A DNA stretch of 64,000 nt, from positions 35,909 through 99,908 of IMG/VR virus record IMGVR_UViG_3300031576_000010. The stretch is one strand, 5' to 3'. The translations under genes and the position numbers were made by a program. This document shows, in pieces, positions 36,754 through 46,429 of the stretch. The stretch's first letter is position 1. Every line of letters begins with the position of its first letter. The notes beneath the pieces are model-generated. The model saw only the letters and a program-made list of their open reading frames with translations. It searched no databases and had not been told where the DNA came from. Origin of the DNA: a virus.

Positions 36754-39162
36754 TTAGGAGTTGGACGACCGCTTCCCGAGATGCCCCAGATCCCGGGCTG
36801 CCTCGCGCACACGCACGAAGCCTGGTCGTCCGACACTTGCGCGGATCGCCATCCGCTTGTCTTCCCTGTCCTCGACGGTCCGTTCGGACGTCCGGAGGAC
36901 CGGGTTGCCCTCGATCGCGCGGCTCTCGATCTCCACCGATCTGGCGGACCGGCCCCGCTCGCTCGGCCCCGTCGAAACGACCTGGGTGGCGAGTGCGTGG
37001 CGGAGGTCCTGCTCGGAATCGGTGATGACACGATCGTCGAGCGTGTAGAGCGTCTTGGCGCGCGCGATGAGGCTGGCGACGTGGGCGGGCATGCCTTCCT
37101 GCATGCCCCGCTCGACCAGCATGGCGGTCAGGTCGGTCTCGCAGCCCGGCCATGACTCGTTCGCGTTGATGTCGAACGGCTTGAGCAGTGCGTCGGCCAT
37201 CGCGGCCTTGAGCGCGCTCTCCTCACGGTTGAGCCGCTGACGCTCGCTCGCGAGCCGCAGGCACCGCTCGAAACGGCCCATCATGTCCTTGGCCTTCTTC
37301 TCGGCCAGCCGCTCGACCCGCCCTTCGAGCGCCGCCATCTTCTGCTCGAACGCCTTCTGCTGAGCGGCGATCTTCCGCTGGAAGAACGTCTGGATCTTGG
37401 CGACCCGCTCCTCGTGGTCGTGGGCTTCGTCGTCGAGGATGGCGTCGCCGATGCCACGCTCCTCGTGCTCTTCCTTCATGTTGGATTCGGGGTCGGACGT
37501 GGACGACAGCGAATCGGCCGAGACGTCTTCGACGTCCTCCGCGTTGGTGACGCGATCGTCGATCGCGGAGCCAGGTCCACCACCCAGATCCACTTCCTTG
37601 TCGGAGTCGGCGTCGGCGGCCGTGTCGGTCGCGGGCTTGGCGCGCGCGTCCTCCAAGGTGTCGTCGGGGTTGTCGAGTGCGGGCGCCTGCCCGTCGATCT
37701 CGTCGGCCAGGTTGTCGTCGTGGTGTTCCAGCACCTGCGATCGCTTGGGGAACGGGATCCCACTGAACCGCCGCATCGTCTGGTCGAGCCCGTAGTGCGC
37801 GATGTTGCCCAGCAACACGTCGCAGAACTGGACCGCCTGCTTGCGGTTCGCCAGCCGTCCGGGCGGCCGGACCGCGAAGATGCCGGCGCCGGACCGCTCG
37901 TCGAACACCCGGAAGTTGCCCGCGCGCGTCGCCTCGACACGGACGTGCATGTACTTGCGGGCGTACCGACGCGACAGCCGGCGGGCCGCCACGCTCATGA
38001 TGCCGATCTCCGCGTCCGACATGGGCGCGGCGTCTTCCAGCTCCTTCTTGTCCTTGTACCGTTCCAGCGGATCTCCTCCGGCCGCCAGCAACTCGTCGTC
38101 CTCGGCGATCGGCATGTCCCCCTCGCCCGCGAACGGCATCATGCTGTCGTCGTCCTGCTGGGCGACGACGGGCGGGGCCGCGGCGGGTGGAGCGGGCGGA
38201 ATCCCCTGCGCCATGATGAGGTCATCGTCCGGGTCCTTGGGAGGCTGGCTCGGCTGAGCCGCCTTGGGAGGCGGGACGGTGACCGGAGCGGGGGGCTGCT
38301 GGGCCGTACGGGTCGTCATGGTCGTTTCCTTCATGTGGGCGAGTTCTTGCTCCAGCTTGACCAGCCGGCTCTTGAGCACGAGCAACTCGGACTCGGCACC
38401 AAGCCGCTCGGTCTCGGCGATCTTGGCTTGCAGGGCGAGGACCTCTTGGGTGAGGGCTTTGGGGTCAGCAGGCTGGTCGACCGCCGACAACTCCTCGTAG
38501 CAGACGCCCCCGCACCGCTCGTACGCGAGCTTGCCGTCGAACTCCTTCATCTTGTGGTTGGCGATGTGGCGGCAGAACTGGTACCGGTTGGTCGCGCGGT
38601 TGTCACAGACCGAGCAGATCGTGTACTCGGCCACGCACCCCATCGAGAACGCGTCAATCGCGCCCGTCCGGATCCCGTCCGCGTAGACCGGGTCCTTCGA
38701 CGCGTCGACCGCGATGAGGCACTCGACGTACTGGTCGTCCGGGTTGGTCCGGTTGAACGTCGAATCGACCACGAACCCGCGGGCCGTCCGGGGGTTGTCG
38801 GCCCTGTGGTTGATGTGGTTGGGCTTGTAGTCGAACGTCTTGTAGACGTGGCGGGCAAGCCGGTGGTCGAACCGGAGCAGCTCTTCGATGGGGAACGCGT
38901 CACCGTTCTCGTTGGGGGAGGGGCGGTCGGGTGACAGCTCGGCCGTCACGGCCCGCGCGACCACGAAGCAGTAGTCGGCCGGATTTTTCGAGATGTCGTA
39001 CACATCGGCCACGAGCATGAGGGCCGACTGGAAGTCGATGGCGGACGGAAAACCGCCGCTGTACGCACTTGGCGCACTCGACTCACCCGATTGGGCACGA
39101 TGGCGAAGCTGGCCGTCGTCCAGGGAACCGACGATCACCGCACGAGCGGACTTGCGGAACAT
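36754..39162 (-). CDS. Prohead protease fused to scaffold
   Basis: NENGDAF..EEL, YKTF, FSMGC..CSVC, ELSAVDQPADP; acidic coiled C-terminal half; ATG at 39162. Confidence 0.8.
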   Translation of the reverse strand: MFRKSARAVIVGSLDDGQLRHRAQSGESSAPSAYSGGFPSAIDFQSALMLVADVYDISKNPADYCFVVARAVTAELSPDRPSPNENGDAFPIEELLRFDHRLARHVYKTFDYKPNHINHRADNPRTARGFVVDSTFNRTNPDDQYVECLIAVDASKDPVYADGIRTGAIDAFSMGCVAEYTICSVCDNRATNRYQFCRHIANHKMKEFDGKLAYERCGGVCYEELSAVDQPADPKALTQEVLALQAKIAETERLGAESELLVLKSRLVKLEQELAHMKETTMTTRTAQQPPAPVTVPPPKAAQPSQPPKDPDDDLIMAQGIPPAPPAAAPPVVAQQDDDSMMPFAGEGDMPIAEDDELLAAGGDPLERYKDKKELEDAAPMSDAEIGIMSVAARRLSRRYARKYMHVRVEATRAGNFRVFDERSGAGIFAVRPPGRLANRKQAVQFCDVLLGNIAHYGLDQTMRRFSGIPFPKRSQVLEHHDDNLADEIDGQAPALDNPDDTLEDARAKPATDTAADADSDKEVDLGGGPGSAIDDRVTNAEDVEDVSADSLSSTSDPESNMKEEHEERGIGDAILDDEAHDHEERVAKIQTFFQRKIAAQQKAFEQKMAALEGRVERLAEKKAKDMMGRFERCLRLASERQRLNREESALKAAMADALLKPFDINANESWPGCETDLTAMLVERGMQEGMPAHVASLIARAKTLYTLDDRVITDSEQDLRHALATQVVSTGPSERGRSARSVEIESRAIEGNPVLRTSERTVEDREDKRMAIRASVGRPGFVRVREAARDLGHLGKRSSNS

Positions 39163-39173
39163 GTCGACACGGG

Positions 39174-39206
39174 AGGTTACCCCGTGAAGACGCGGAATTT
39201 TAGAAG
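39174..39206 (-). promoter_or_regulatory. Putative late promoter (CTTCTAAAATTCCG-N13-TAACCT)
   Basis: Conserved motif heading the head-gene operon. Confidence 0.75.
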
Positions 39207-39214
39207 TCGGTTTG

Positions 39215-39379
39215 CTACTTGCCGGACGGGCGATCGGCGGGCGGGGGAACCGGTGGTGCGGCCGCCCCTCTCGGCGGCGAAGCGGACGTGTGGGCGCAAC
39301 CGCCCACCACCCCACACACCGAGCACTTCTTGTCGAGCACCCCGATGATCGGGGCCTTCCCACTCTTCTTGAACGACAT
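39215..39379 (-). CDS. Small Cys/Pro-rich hypothetical protein (MSFKKSGK...)
   Basis: GGAGG RBS; read manually. Confidence 0.45.
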   Translation of the reverse strand: MSFKKSGKAPIIGVLDKKCSVCGVVGGCAHTSASPPRGAAAPPVPPPADRPSGK

Positions 39380-39390
39380 GGTCGGACCTC

Positions 39391-39759
39391 CTAGTTGGCG
39401 GTGGCCGAGAACATCTCGGCGGCCTTCTGGTCGGCGAGGTCATCGATCCTGATGGTCGATCCCGACTCCGACACGGCACGGACATCGTACGGCCTCTTGA
39501 TGCACCGGTCGAGCAGGTGGTCCAGGTAGACACGATCGAACCGGACAACCTTGCGCCGGACCGTCACGGTCACGCCCCGGACGTCGCGTGGCTCGTGGAC
39601 GATGAGGGGTCGATCGACCCACGTGTCAAACGCGCGTTGGAGGGGCCAATCGGCCGCCCGGCACTTGATGACAACCCGGCCCGTTTCAGTGTCGTGGACG
39701 ACGACCGCGACGTCCACGTCGGACTCGCGGTTCCGGATGATGGCGAACCGACGGGCCAT
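39391..39759 (-). CDS. Hypothetical protein
   Basis: TGATG coupling to the upstream ORF. Confidence 0.6.
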   Translation of the reverse strand: MARRFAIIRNRESDVDVAVVVHDTETGRVVIKCRAADWPLQRAFDTWVDRPLIVHEPRDVRGVTVTVRRKVVRFDRVYLDHLLDRCIKRPYDVRAVSESGSTIRIDDLADQKAAEMFSATAN

Positions 39760-39995
39760 CACAGCGACTCTGAAGACGACGATGGTGGATCCTGCATCAT
39801 GAGTGCGGTGCGCCCTGATGGTCGGCACGGCTCGCACTCACGCACGTCTGGCGCCCAGACACGGCAGCACCGCGGACAGACCCAACCGCCAGGCAGGACG
39901 ATGCTCGGGACCGGCGCATCAGCGGGCGTGATCGTGACGCTATGGCGCCAGCACTTCCCGCTCGTGATGGTCGCGCAGTCGCGGCAGAACTCCAT
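39759..39995 (-). CDS. Small Zn-binding hypothetical protein
   Basis: CRDC and GWVCPRC..VWAP...C.PC. Confidence 0.55.
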   Translation of the reverse strand: MEFCRDCATITSGKCWRHSVTITPADAPVPSIVLPGGWVCPRCCRVWAPDVRECEPCRPSGRTALMMQDPPSSSSESL

Positions 39996-40210
39996 CACAG
40001 CGACGATCCACCGTGGGCCGCCCGTCTCCACTGCACCGCCATCGAGCCGGGCAGCGAGATGGTCTGGCGCTTGGCTCGCTCGCCGCACCCGTCGGTCGGG
40101 CACGCCACCTCGAACTCGGGCCCGTTGGCCGTCAACTCCCGGTGTTCCGATGACGATAGAAGGATCTCGTTCCGGTGTTGCGCGGGGCACTCGACGTCGA
40201 ACAGGGGCAT
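39995..40210 (-). CDS. FmdB-like Zn-ribbon protein
   Basis: MPLFDVEC...H...CP..GCG..AKR..S. Confidence 0.65.
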   Translation of the reverse strand: MPLFDVECPAQHRNEILLSSSEHRELTANGPEFEVACPTDGCGERAKRQTISLPGSMAVQWRRAAHGGSSL

Positions 40211-40258
40211 CGGCCCGATGCTAGCGATCCGCGCGACCGCGTGCAAGATCCACCCAAC

Positions 40259-40456
40259 ATGGCAGATCGCAAGCGGTCTCAGCAACGCGTCTACGATGTC
40301 GACGACCTCGTCACCCTGATGATCGGGGACATCGAGGTTGAACTGCGCCCCTACCACATCTCGGAGGAGCTGCGCGCGAAGCTGACCTACTGGATGGGGC
40401 GCGCGTGGGACTCGGGTTGGGCGGCGGTAGTGCTGAACGGTGACAAGAAGGTCTAG
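40259..40456 (+). CDS. Small hypothetical protein (divergent)
   Basis: Fills the gap between minus-strand genes; protein-like composition. Confidence 0.5.
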   Translation: MADRKRSQQRVYDVDDLVTLMIGDIEVELRPYHISEELRAKLTYWMGRAWDSGWAAVVLNGDKKV

Positions 40457-40674
40457 TCCGACTCGATCGTCGCGAGCACGTCCCCTTCCTCAGCTTGATC
40501 GCCCATCGCGCGCAACCACGTAACCGTGCCGGAGCACGGGGCCGACACCACCGTCTCCATCTTCATCGCCTCGATCGAGATGATGTCGGACCCCTCGGTC
40601 ATGTGCTGGCCGACCGAGCAGCAGTGCTGGAACACGACGCACCCGTACGGAGCGGTGACGTTGACGATCGCCAT
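40453..40674 (-). CDS. Stand-alone biotinyl/lipoyl attachment domain protein
   Basis: IEAMKME..V.APCSGTV biotinylation motif and GD....GDVLATI. Confidence 0.85.
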   Translation of the reverse strand: MAIVNVTAPYGCVVFQHCCSVGQHMTEGSDIISIEAMKMETVVSAPCSGTVTWLRAMGDQAEEGDVLATIESD

Positions 40675-40676
40675 CC

Positions 40677-41189
40677 CTAGAACACGGACCCACGCACGAA
40701 CACGCGGAGCTGCTCGATCGCCTTGTCGCCGATGTTGCGGACCGCCACCTGCAACGCGCTCCCGTAGATCGTGACGAGCTGCTTGTCTCCGATCGGCGCC
40801 TTGGTGACGACCAGTTCGTTGACCTGGCCCGGCTGGTACTTGGTCGACTGGGCGATGCCGTCGTAGTTGAGGCCGGCGAGATCCTCGTCGGTCGCGTCGC
40901 GCAGACCCTTGACGACCGGGAAGACGCCCCGGATCTCCTCGGGCAACCGATCGTCGGCTGTGACTGACGCCTTGCTCATCGGATTGATCATATCGATCCG
41001 GTTGCCAGCCGGTACGAGCACGACCTCTTCGTTGGAGAACGCGAACACGATCTCGATCGGCTGGTCCGAATAGGTGGTGCCGAAGTAGCGGGTGAAGTTG
41101 ACGGCCGACCCGAAGATCGAGACCGACTTGCCTGGTGCCAGCGGAGCGACGATCGTGTTGCGTGGATCGTCATCGCCGTACCGCAGCAC
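40677..41189 (-). CDS. Hypothetical protein
   Basis: Packed ORF, beta-rich. Confidence 0.6.
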   Translation of the reverse strand: MLRYGDDDPRNTIVAPLAPGKSVSIFGSAVNFTRYFGTTYSDQPIEIVFAFSNEEVVLVPAGNRIDMINPMSKASVTADDRLPEEIRGVFPVVKGLRDATDEDLAGLNYDGIAQSTKYQPGQVNELVVTKAPIGDKQLVTIYGSALQVAVRNIGDKAIEQLRVFVRGSVF

Positions 41190-41255
41190 CGAACCGAATA
41201 GGCCGGAGCCCTCGGGGAGCTTGGGGCAACGTCAGTAGTGCGTGAAGGACATGGG

Positions 41256-41999
41256 CTAACGACACCCTCCTTCACGCACTACCTGGTTTCTCCCTTCCGG
41301 CAGCTTGTACCGAAGGTTGGGGTGGATGTAGGGGCGGACCATGTCGAAGAGCACCTCCGATGGACCGACTCCGAACCGAAGCACAGCACAGTTGGTGCCG
41401 TGCAGTTTTTTCAATCTGCCTGGCATGCTGCGCGCCGCGAACCAGTCGCGAACGGCAGCGTACTGCGCCTCGTCCAATCCACCAAGCGCGAGGTTGGCAG
41501 AGCGGCGTGATTCGGGTGATCGTCGGTCGTGCGCGCTGATTGAGCCATCATCCATGTACCAGACAGCCAGGAGCAATCCGAGCTGTCTGGCTTGATCTAG
41601 CCGTGCGAGAACGTCGGAGCTGATCGCCTTTTTTCCGGTTCCGTAGAACAGCGTGTGGTACTCGGTGAGGATCGGATGTGACCTTGAGGCCGCACAGATC
41701 GAGCGAAAGCCATCACGCCGGAGGTAGTCGGCTTGTGCAGCGCAATGCGCTAGCGTGATCTGGGCGTTGCTCCGTTTGTTGAACCGCTTCAGGCAGCCAT
41801 CACCGAGAAGCGTCCCGAGAAGGATGGCTTGCTGTCTAGCAGTCAGGCTCTTGAGCCATTCGTAGCTCTTGCCGTGGATGCCGGCCAATCGCAGGTACCG
41901 ACAAATGGCCACGCGCGTCACGCCGATGCGCTCGGCGATCTGCTGGCCATTGAGCCCCTCGTCGTGAAGAGCAAGCACATGCGTCTGGCGATCGTTCAC
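41256..41999 (-). mobile_element. HTH-LAGLIDADG homing endonuclease, probably degenerate
   Basis: LLGTLLGDGCL and LAVWYMDDGS; paralog of 20648..21568 with an internal deletion. Confidence 0.85.
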
Positions 42000-42253
42000 G
42001 ACGTCACCAGCCCCGCCACTTTCGTGACGCCGAACTTGGTCCGGACCCAGAATCCTGTGAATTCCATGCGGGCGTCAAACGATGTGCCGGACGCGCAGTG
42101 GAACTCGGTCGTGCCGTTGAACGAGATCCAGAGCGTGTTCATCCCGACGTTCTGGATGTTCAACTCCTTGCCTTTCGGGCAAGGGATCCAGACGGGCGCG
42201 CGCGTCACCATCTTGGTGAAGCACTGTGGCGAGCCCGCAACCGTGACGGCCAT
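41996..42253 (-). CDS. Small beta-rich hypothetical protein
   Basis: IQNVG...LWISFNG; GTGA overlap. Confidence 0.55.
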   Translation of the reverse strand: MAVTVAGSPQCFTKMVTRAPVWIPCPKGKELNIQNVGMNTLWISFNGTTEFHCASGTSFDARMEFTGFWVRTKFGVTKVAGLVTS

Positions 42254-42294
42254 TCGTGTCTTCCTCTATCGGGCTTGGTTGCCGATGTCAACAG

Positions 42295-43083
42295 TTAGAT
42301 GTCGATCGTGCCGGCGATTCGTGGGTGCCCGTACTCCGCCGCCCCCACGGAGACGAGCAGGTTGGGCAGGATGGAGACGTCGACCTGGTCGTGCGTGTGG
42401 CCACACAGCACCCGAACCGCCACTCCTTCCCGCTCGATCGCGAAGTCGGTGAGGATGCGGCCGAGCGACGCGTTGCAGTAGAACGGGAGGGTTGCGGCGC
42501 TCGACCGCTCGCCACGGTACCGGCTGGCCTCCGGGAACGGGGGCACATGGGTCGCGACCAAGATGGTGGAGGCGGTCGAGCTGGCCAGCAAGCCGGCTAG
42601 ATGGTCGGCCCCGTCCTCCGCGAGCCCGCGGATGAGCCGGAGGCGACCCTCTCGGTGGAGGCCGGCCAGGTCGTCGATCTCCTCGAAGTCGCGGAGCTGG
42701 ACGGTACTGTTCACATCCCCGTGGCCCGCATCGTACCAACCATCATGCCCGATCAGGATCGCGCGACCGCCGAGGTCGATGGCGCCCGGGACGGCCGGCA
42801 ACCACTTGACCGTCCTGGACCGGGCGGTCAGGGCGCGCATCCGTCGCCGGACCGACCCGATCGACCCGCCGTAGTAGTCGTGGTTGCCCAGCACGAAGAA
42901 GACGGGACAGCTCACCTCCGACTCGATCCACTCGACCGTCGCATCTACGTCGCCGGCCGTCGAGATGTCGCCGGTCAGCAGGATGGCGTCGGGGCGGGCG
43001 TCCTGGAGGGCACGGAAGAACCGTTGGATGGCGGGAGGATCGGCCATGTCGAAGTGGGTGTCGGTCGCCCAGACGATCCGCAT
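42295..43083 (-). CDS. Calcineurin-like metallophosphoesterase
   Basis: TDTH, TGDI, GNHDYY, THVPP, GHTH motifs. Confidence 0.92.
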   Translation of the reverse strand: MRIVWATDTHFDMADPPAIQRFFRALQDARPDAILLTGDISTAGDVDATVEWIESEVSCPVFFVLGNHDYYGGSIGSVRRRMRALTARSRTVKWLPAVPGAIDLGGRAILIGHDGWYDAGHGDVNSTVQLRDFEEIDDLAGLHREGRLRLIRGLAEDGADHLAGLLASSTASTILVATHVPPFPEASRYRGERSSAATLPFYCNASLGRILTDFAIEREGVAVRVLCGHTHDQVDVSILPNLLVSVGAAEYGHPRIAGTIDI

Positions 43084-43114
43084 GCCTGGTGGTAGCACGA
43101 GCTGAACGGACTGG

Positions 43115-43354
43115 TCAGTAACCGGCGCCTTCGTCGCGGTCGGCGCACCGGTTGCACTGATATCCGAGCGCCACGTCCGCTGGCGTCAAGACGTTCTCGG
43201 CCCCGCACGACGGGCACGGCAGGTCGCGCGGGTTGTCGTCGGTAGCGGCCCGGAGGGCCGAGCGGCCCCCCGGTACAGCGAAGTCGATGTCGAAGTCGTC
43301 GTCCCGCTCGGACAGGTCGTCGTCCTCATCGTCGTCCTCGTAGTAGCCCATCAC
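43115..43354 (-). CDS. Small acidic Zn-finger protein
   Basis: CPSC...YQCNRC. Confidence 0.6.
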   Translation of the reverse strand: MMGYYEDDDEDDDLSERDDDFDIDFAVPGGRSALRAATDDNPRDLPCPSCGAENVLTPADVALGYQCNRCADRDEGAGY

Positions 43355-44064
43355 GCCGCCTCCTCATCCGCGCCCACCATCACCTCGACGTTGCTGGCGG
43401 CGGTCCAGTGGACCTGGCCGGCCGCGTCCTTGACGCCGACCCTCATGGGCGGCTCGGACTTCCAGCCGCCGCGGAACCGGGGCTTGGGTCCGAAATCCTT
43501 GCCCTCCCCGTACCAGACCACCGTCCCGACCGTCCCGACCGGGACCTTGCGGCCCTTCACGACCTTGACGGTCCGGCCCTTGCGCGGGACCTTCGCTTCC
43601 GCGGCCGCCTGCTCGGCGGCGTGGCGGGCGCGGGCGGCCGCACAGTACGACTCGTAGGCCGCCACGACCTCGGGGGTCGCATCGACGGAGGCGCCGTTCG
43701 GGTAGGTCCAGCCACGCGTGCTCGCGTACCCGACCCGCTCGGTCGCGCCCTTCTCGGGGCTCCACACGACCGCGTAGAAGTCGGAGTCGTCGCGCCCGTT
43801 GTACTCGCCGAGCGAGAGGACGAGGCCCTTGTGCGTCGTCTCCATGTAGAGCGGGCCGAACACCGAGCAGGTGCCGTGGCCGTCTTCCCAGCGCTCGAAG
43901 CACTCGGGCGACCGGGCACCCGAGACGTCGTACTTGCCGGCGTGCGGGCACTTCGAGTCGTGCTGAACGAGCCCTTCCTCGTGGCCGCGGTAGTCGCGCA
44001 CGACCTCCACGGTCTCGGGCGACTCTTCCCACCGCTCCTTCGACACCATCATGCGAACCGCCAT
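43351..44064 (-). CDS. Early hypothetical protein with SH3-like C-terminus
   Basis: KGRTVKVVKGRKVPVGTVGTV; promoter and GGAGG upstream. Confidence 0.7.
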   Translation of the reverse strand: MAVRMMVSKERWEESPETVEVVRDYRGHEEGLVQHDSKCPHAGKYDVSGARSPECFERWEDGHGTCSVFGPLYMETTHKGLVLSLGEYNGRDDSDFYAVVWSPEKGATERVGYASTRGWTYPNGASVDATPEVVAAYESYCAAARARHAAEQAAAEAKVPRKGRTVKVVKGRKVPVGTVGTVVWYGEGKDFGPKPRFRGGWKSEPPMRVGVKDAAGQVHWTAASNVEVMVGADEEAA

Positions 44065-44070
44065 CTCCGA

Positions 44071-44122
44071 CCTCCCTTCCAGCTTACAGATACAGCCTAG
44101 CACGGCGGCTTGCGTGTGTCAA
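44071..44122 (-). promoter_or_regulatory. Early sigma70 promoter plus leader cassette (TTGACA-N17-TAGGCT...GTAAGCTGGAAGGGAGG)
   Basis: 34 bp identical to 47314..47347. Confidence 0.85.
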
Positions 44123-44459
44123 TAGAAAAAAGCATCGCGCATCACTTACCAGGACACGGGTTCGCCGCTTCCCAGGTGGGCCACCCGCCCGCCACGTACC
44201 TGCTGCACCCGCACTGGGTACAGACGGGGGCCTGGTGGCCGGCCAGCACCGCCCACTTGTGCGTCGGGTCAGCCGGTCGAGGTTGAGCCGCTACCACGTT
44301 GGTTCCTGTATACCACCCGGATGGCAGCCTTGAGCCCGTCCCGCATGCCCGTCCAGTAGACCTTCCGCTGGGCGGACGTCGCCTTGCGCCCCATCGACTC
44401 CACGACGGCGATACGAGCTTTGAGCCGTTCGATCAGCCGTTCGACGCTCTCGTCCAGCT

Positions 44460-44711
44460 TCAGCTCACACCCTCCTGTCCATCAGGATCGGGCGCGACCA
44501 CTTCATCGAGTGCGACCCGCTCGGCTGCCGCGCGTGCGAGCGCCTCGTCCGACAGGAACACGCACGTCGACGCCAGCGTGACCTGGTAGCCGGGCTCTTG
44601 CGCTTCCTCGGCCCAGTAGCCGTACCCGTCCGTCAGGGTCACCTGGTCGCCCTGAAGGACACGCACGACCCCCTTGATCTGTGGGGCCGTCTTGGTGCTG
44701 CGTTCCGTCAT
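44460..44711 (-). CDS. Hypothetical protein
   Basis: ATGA coupling. Confidence 0.5.
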   Translation of the reverse strand: MTERSTKTAPQIKGVVRVLQGDQVTLTDGYGYWAEEAQEPGYQVTLASTCVFLSDEALARAAAERVALDEVVAPDPDGQEGVS

Positions 44712-44899
44712 GGTCCCACCTCGGCTTCGACCAGCTCGATCCAGATCAGCTCGGTCAGGTGGGCGGCGCGGTCCTGCGCGTACTTCGCCACCTTCTCGAC
44801 CGGGAGACCACCGAGCCCGACCTTCTCCCACGCGTACGGATACGCCAACATGTTCTGGATCATCTTGGCGAGATCCTGCTTGCCCATCAGCTTTGGCAC
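44708..44899 (-). CDS. Hypothetical protein
   Basis: AGGAAGG upstream of GTG. Confidence 0.5.
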   Translation of the reverse strand: MPKLMGKQDLAKMIQNMLAYPYAWEKVGLGGLPVEKVAKYAQDRAAHLTELIWIELVEAEVGP

Positions 44900-44926
44900 G
44901 ACACCCCTTCCTTTCAGTAGGCCGGG

Positions 44927-44957
44927 CCGGAGGGCGGCTGGTGGGGCCGCCCTCCGG
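44927..44957. terminator. Perfect 12-bp hairpin downstream of the DUF932-like gene
   Basis: CCGGAGGGCGGC-N7-GCCGCCCTCCGG; weak U-tract on the coding strand. Confidence 0.5.
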
Positions 44958-45000
44958 TTTCCTTGCACCCGCCACCGGCCCGGCGCCGGACTGCAAAGCC

Positions 45001-46329
45001 CTAGAAGTCCTCCCCCTTCGCCATGAACTGGAGGGGCCGCTTGCTGCCCAGCAGCCAGCCACCGGCCTGCTGGACCTGCTGGGTCGCCCACGCGCCCTTC
45101 AGGTCGGCCTCGTGGGCCGCCCGGGTGATCGCGTTGACAAGCCCCACCTTCGTGAACTCCGGCTCCTTGGTGAACGCGGCCATCAGGATGTCGATCGCGC
45201 CTTCCCGACGGAAGCCAGGCAGCGCCAACTTGCCGGCCGTCATGAGCCCGCGGAACACGCCCCGCACGACCTCCTCGCGGGCCGTGTCGGCGGGCACATC
45301 TCGCACGACGCCCGCGGCATCCAGCCGGGTGGCCCGCGCGCCCGCCCACGTCTCCGCGAAGTAGCGGACGCGGTCGACCGCCTCGGTCAGGGCGCCGAAC
45401 AGGAACTCGGCCACGTTGTTGCCGACGTGCCGCTTCTTGCCCAGCTTGACCTCCGCGTGATCCAGGATGATGAGGTTGAGGCACAGGTTGCGATCGAGAC
45501 CCGCGAACGGGTCGATCGACTGAGTGCCGTCATCCGCGCTTCGCAGCCCCGCGGCCGCCCGGAAGATTTCGCCCGCCGCACACGTCTCCGGCTGGATGTC
45601 GGAGTGCCAGCGCAGCACCATCTCGACTCGGTCGCCATCGTACTGCACCTCGCCGCGCGCGTCGCCGGGCGCGACCGACTGTTCCAGCATGATGCGAGCG
45701 AGCTGGTCGGTGTCGAGCGCGGTGTACCGTTCCGACACGATCGCGTACGCCTGACGGCCGTTGCCCTGCAACACCATGTTGTTGCGGTGCCGCACGACCG
45801 CGACCTTCTCGGCGTCGGTCTCGTTGATCCACGCGTTCACCTCGGCGGCCCGGCGGGCCGGCGGCACGGTCGCCAGGTAGATGGCGGCGGCGCCCGGTTC
45901 CGGACACGCGGTCCGCGCGAGGAGCTGGCGGAACGACGTCTCGGTCAGGGCGAGGCGAGCGCCCCCGCGTCCGATCGTTCCATCCGGGTCCATCGTGAGA
46001 TCCCGGATGCGCGCGTCGGTATCCTGGCGGCGTTCCAGCAGGACGCGATCGATCAGGCGGGCGAGCACGACCTTGGCGAGCGGCAACTTCTCGAACGCTT
46101 CACGGGACCGCCGGAAGTTTTCGGCGCCGATGTCGACCACCCGGGTACCGAGCGCGTAGACGGGCGGCTTGGGCGCGAAGCCGGCCGCCCTGGCGGCCGC
46201 CTCCTGGGCTTGGAGCCGCTCGACCGCCTCGGGGTCGATCTGGCCGCCGACGATCGCGACCGCGCGCTTCTGGATAGGATGGTTGGGGTCTTGAATCGCG
46301 AGGGACTGCTGCTGACTCTGATCCGACAT
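45001..46329 (-). CDS. DUF932-like protein
   Basis: AIVSERY..LD, S.DG..SI, R..CLN.I and V.AITRAAH pattern. Confidence 0.65.
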   Translation of the reverse strand: MSDQSQQQSLAIQDPNHPIQKRAVAIVGGQIDPEAVERLQAQEAAARAAGFAPKPPVYALGTRVVDIGAENFRRSREAFEKLPLAKVVLARLIDRVLLERRQDTDARIRDLTMDPDGTIGRGGARLALTETSFRQLLARTACPEPGAAAIYLATVPPARRAAEVNAWINETDAEKVAVVRHRNNMVLQGNGRQAYAIVSERYTALDTDQLARIMLEQSVAPGDARGEVQYDGDRVEMVLRWHSDIQPETCAAGEIFRAAAGLRSADDGTQSIDPFAGLDRNLCLNLIILDHAEVKLGKKRHVGNNVAEFLFGALTEAVDRVRYFAETWAGARATRLDAAGVVRDVPADTAREEVVRGVFRGLMTAGKLALPGFRREGAIDILMAAFTKEPEFTKVGLVNAITRAAHEADLKGAWATQQVQQAGGWLLGSKRPLQFMAKGEDF

Positions 46330-46394
46330 GACTTTCTCCTTTGGTCAACCGGCCCGGCCTCATCGGCCGCTCCAGGATTTCCGAGTTCACTTCA

Positions 46395-46423
46395 CACCTA
46401 ACGCACCAGATTGCACATGTCAA
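46395..46423 (-). promoter_or_regulatory. Sigma70-like promoter (TTGACA-N17-TAGGTG)
   Basis: Perfect -35; weaker -10. Confidence 0.55.
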
Positions 46424-46429
46424 GGAAAA

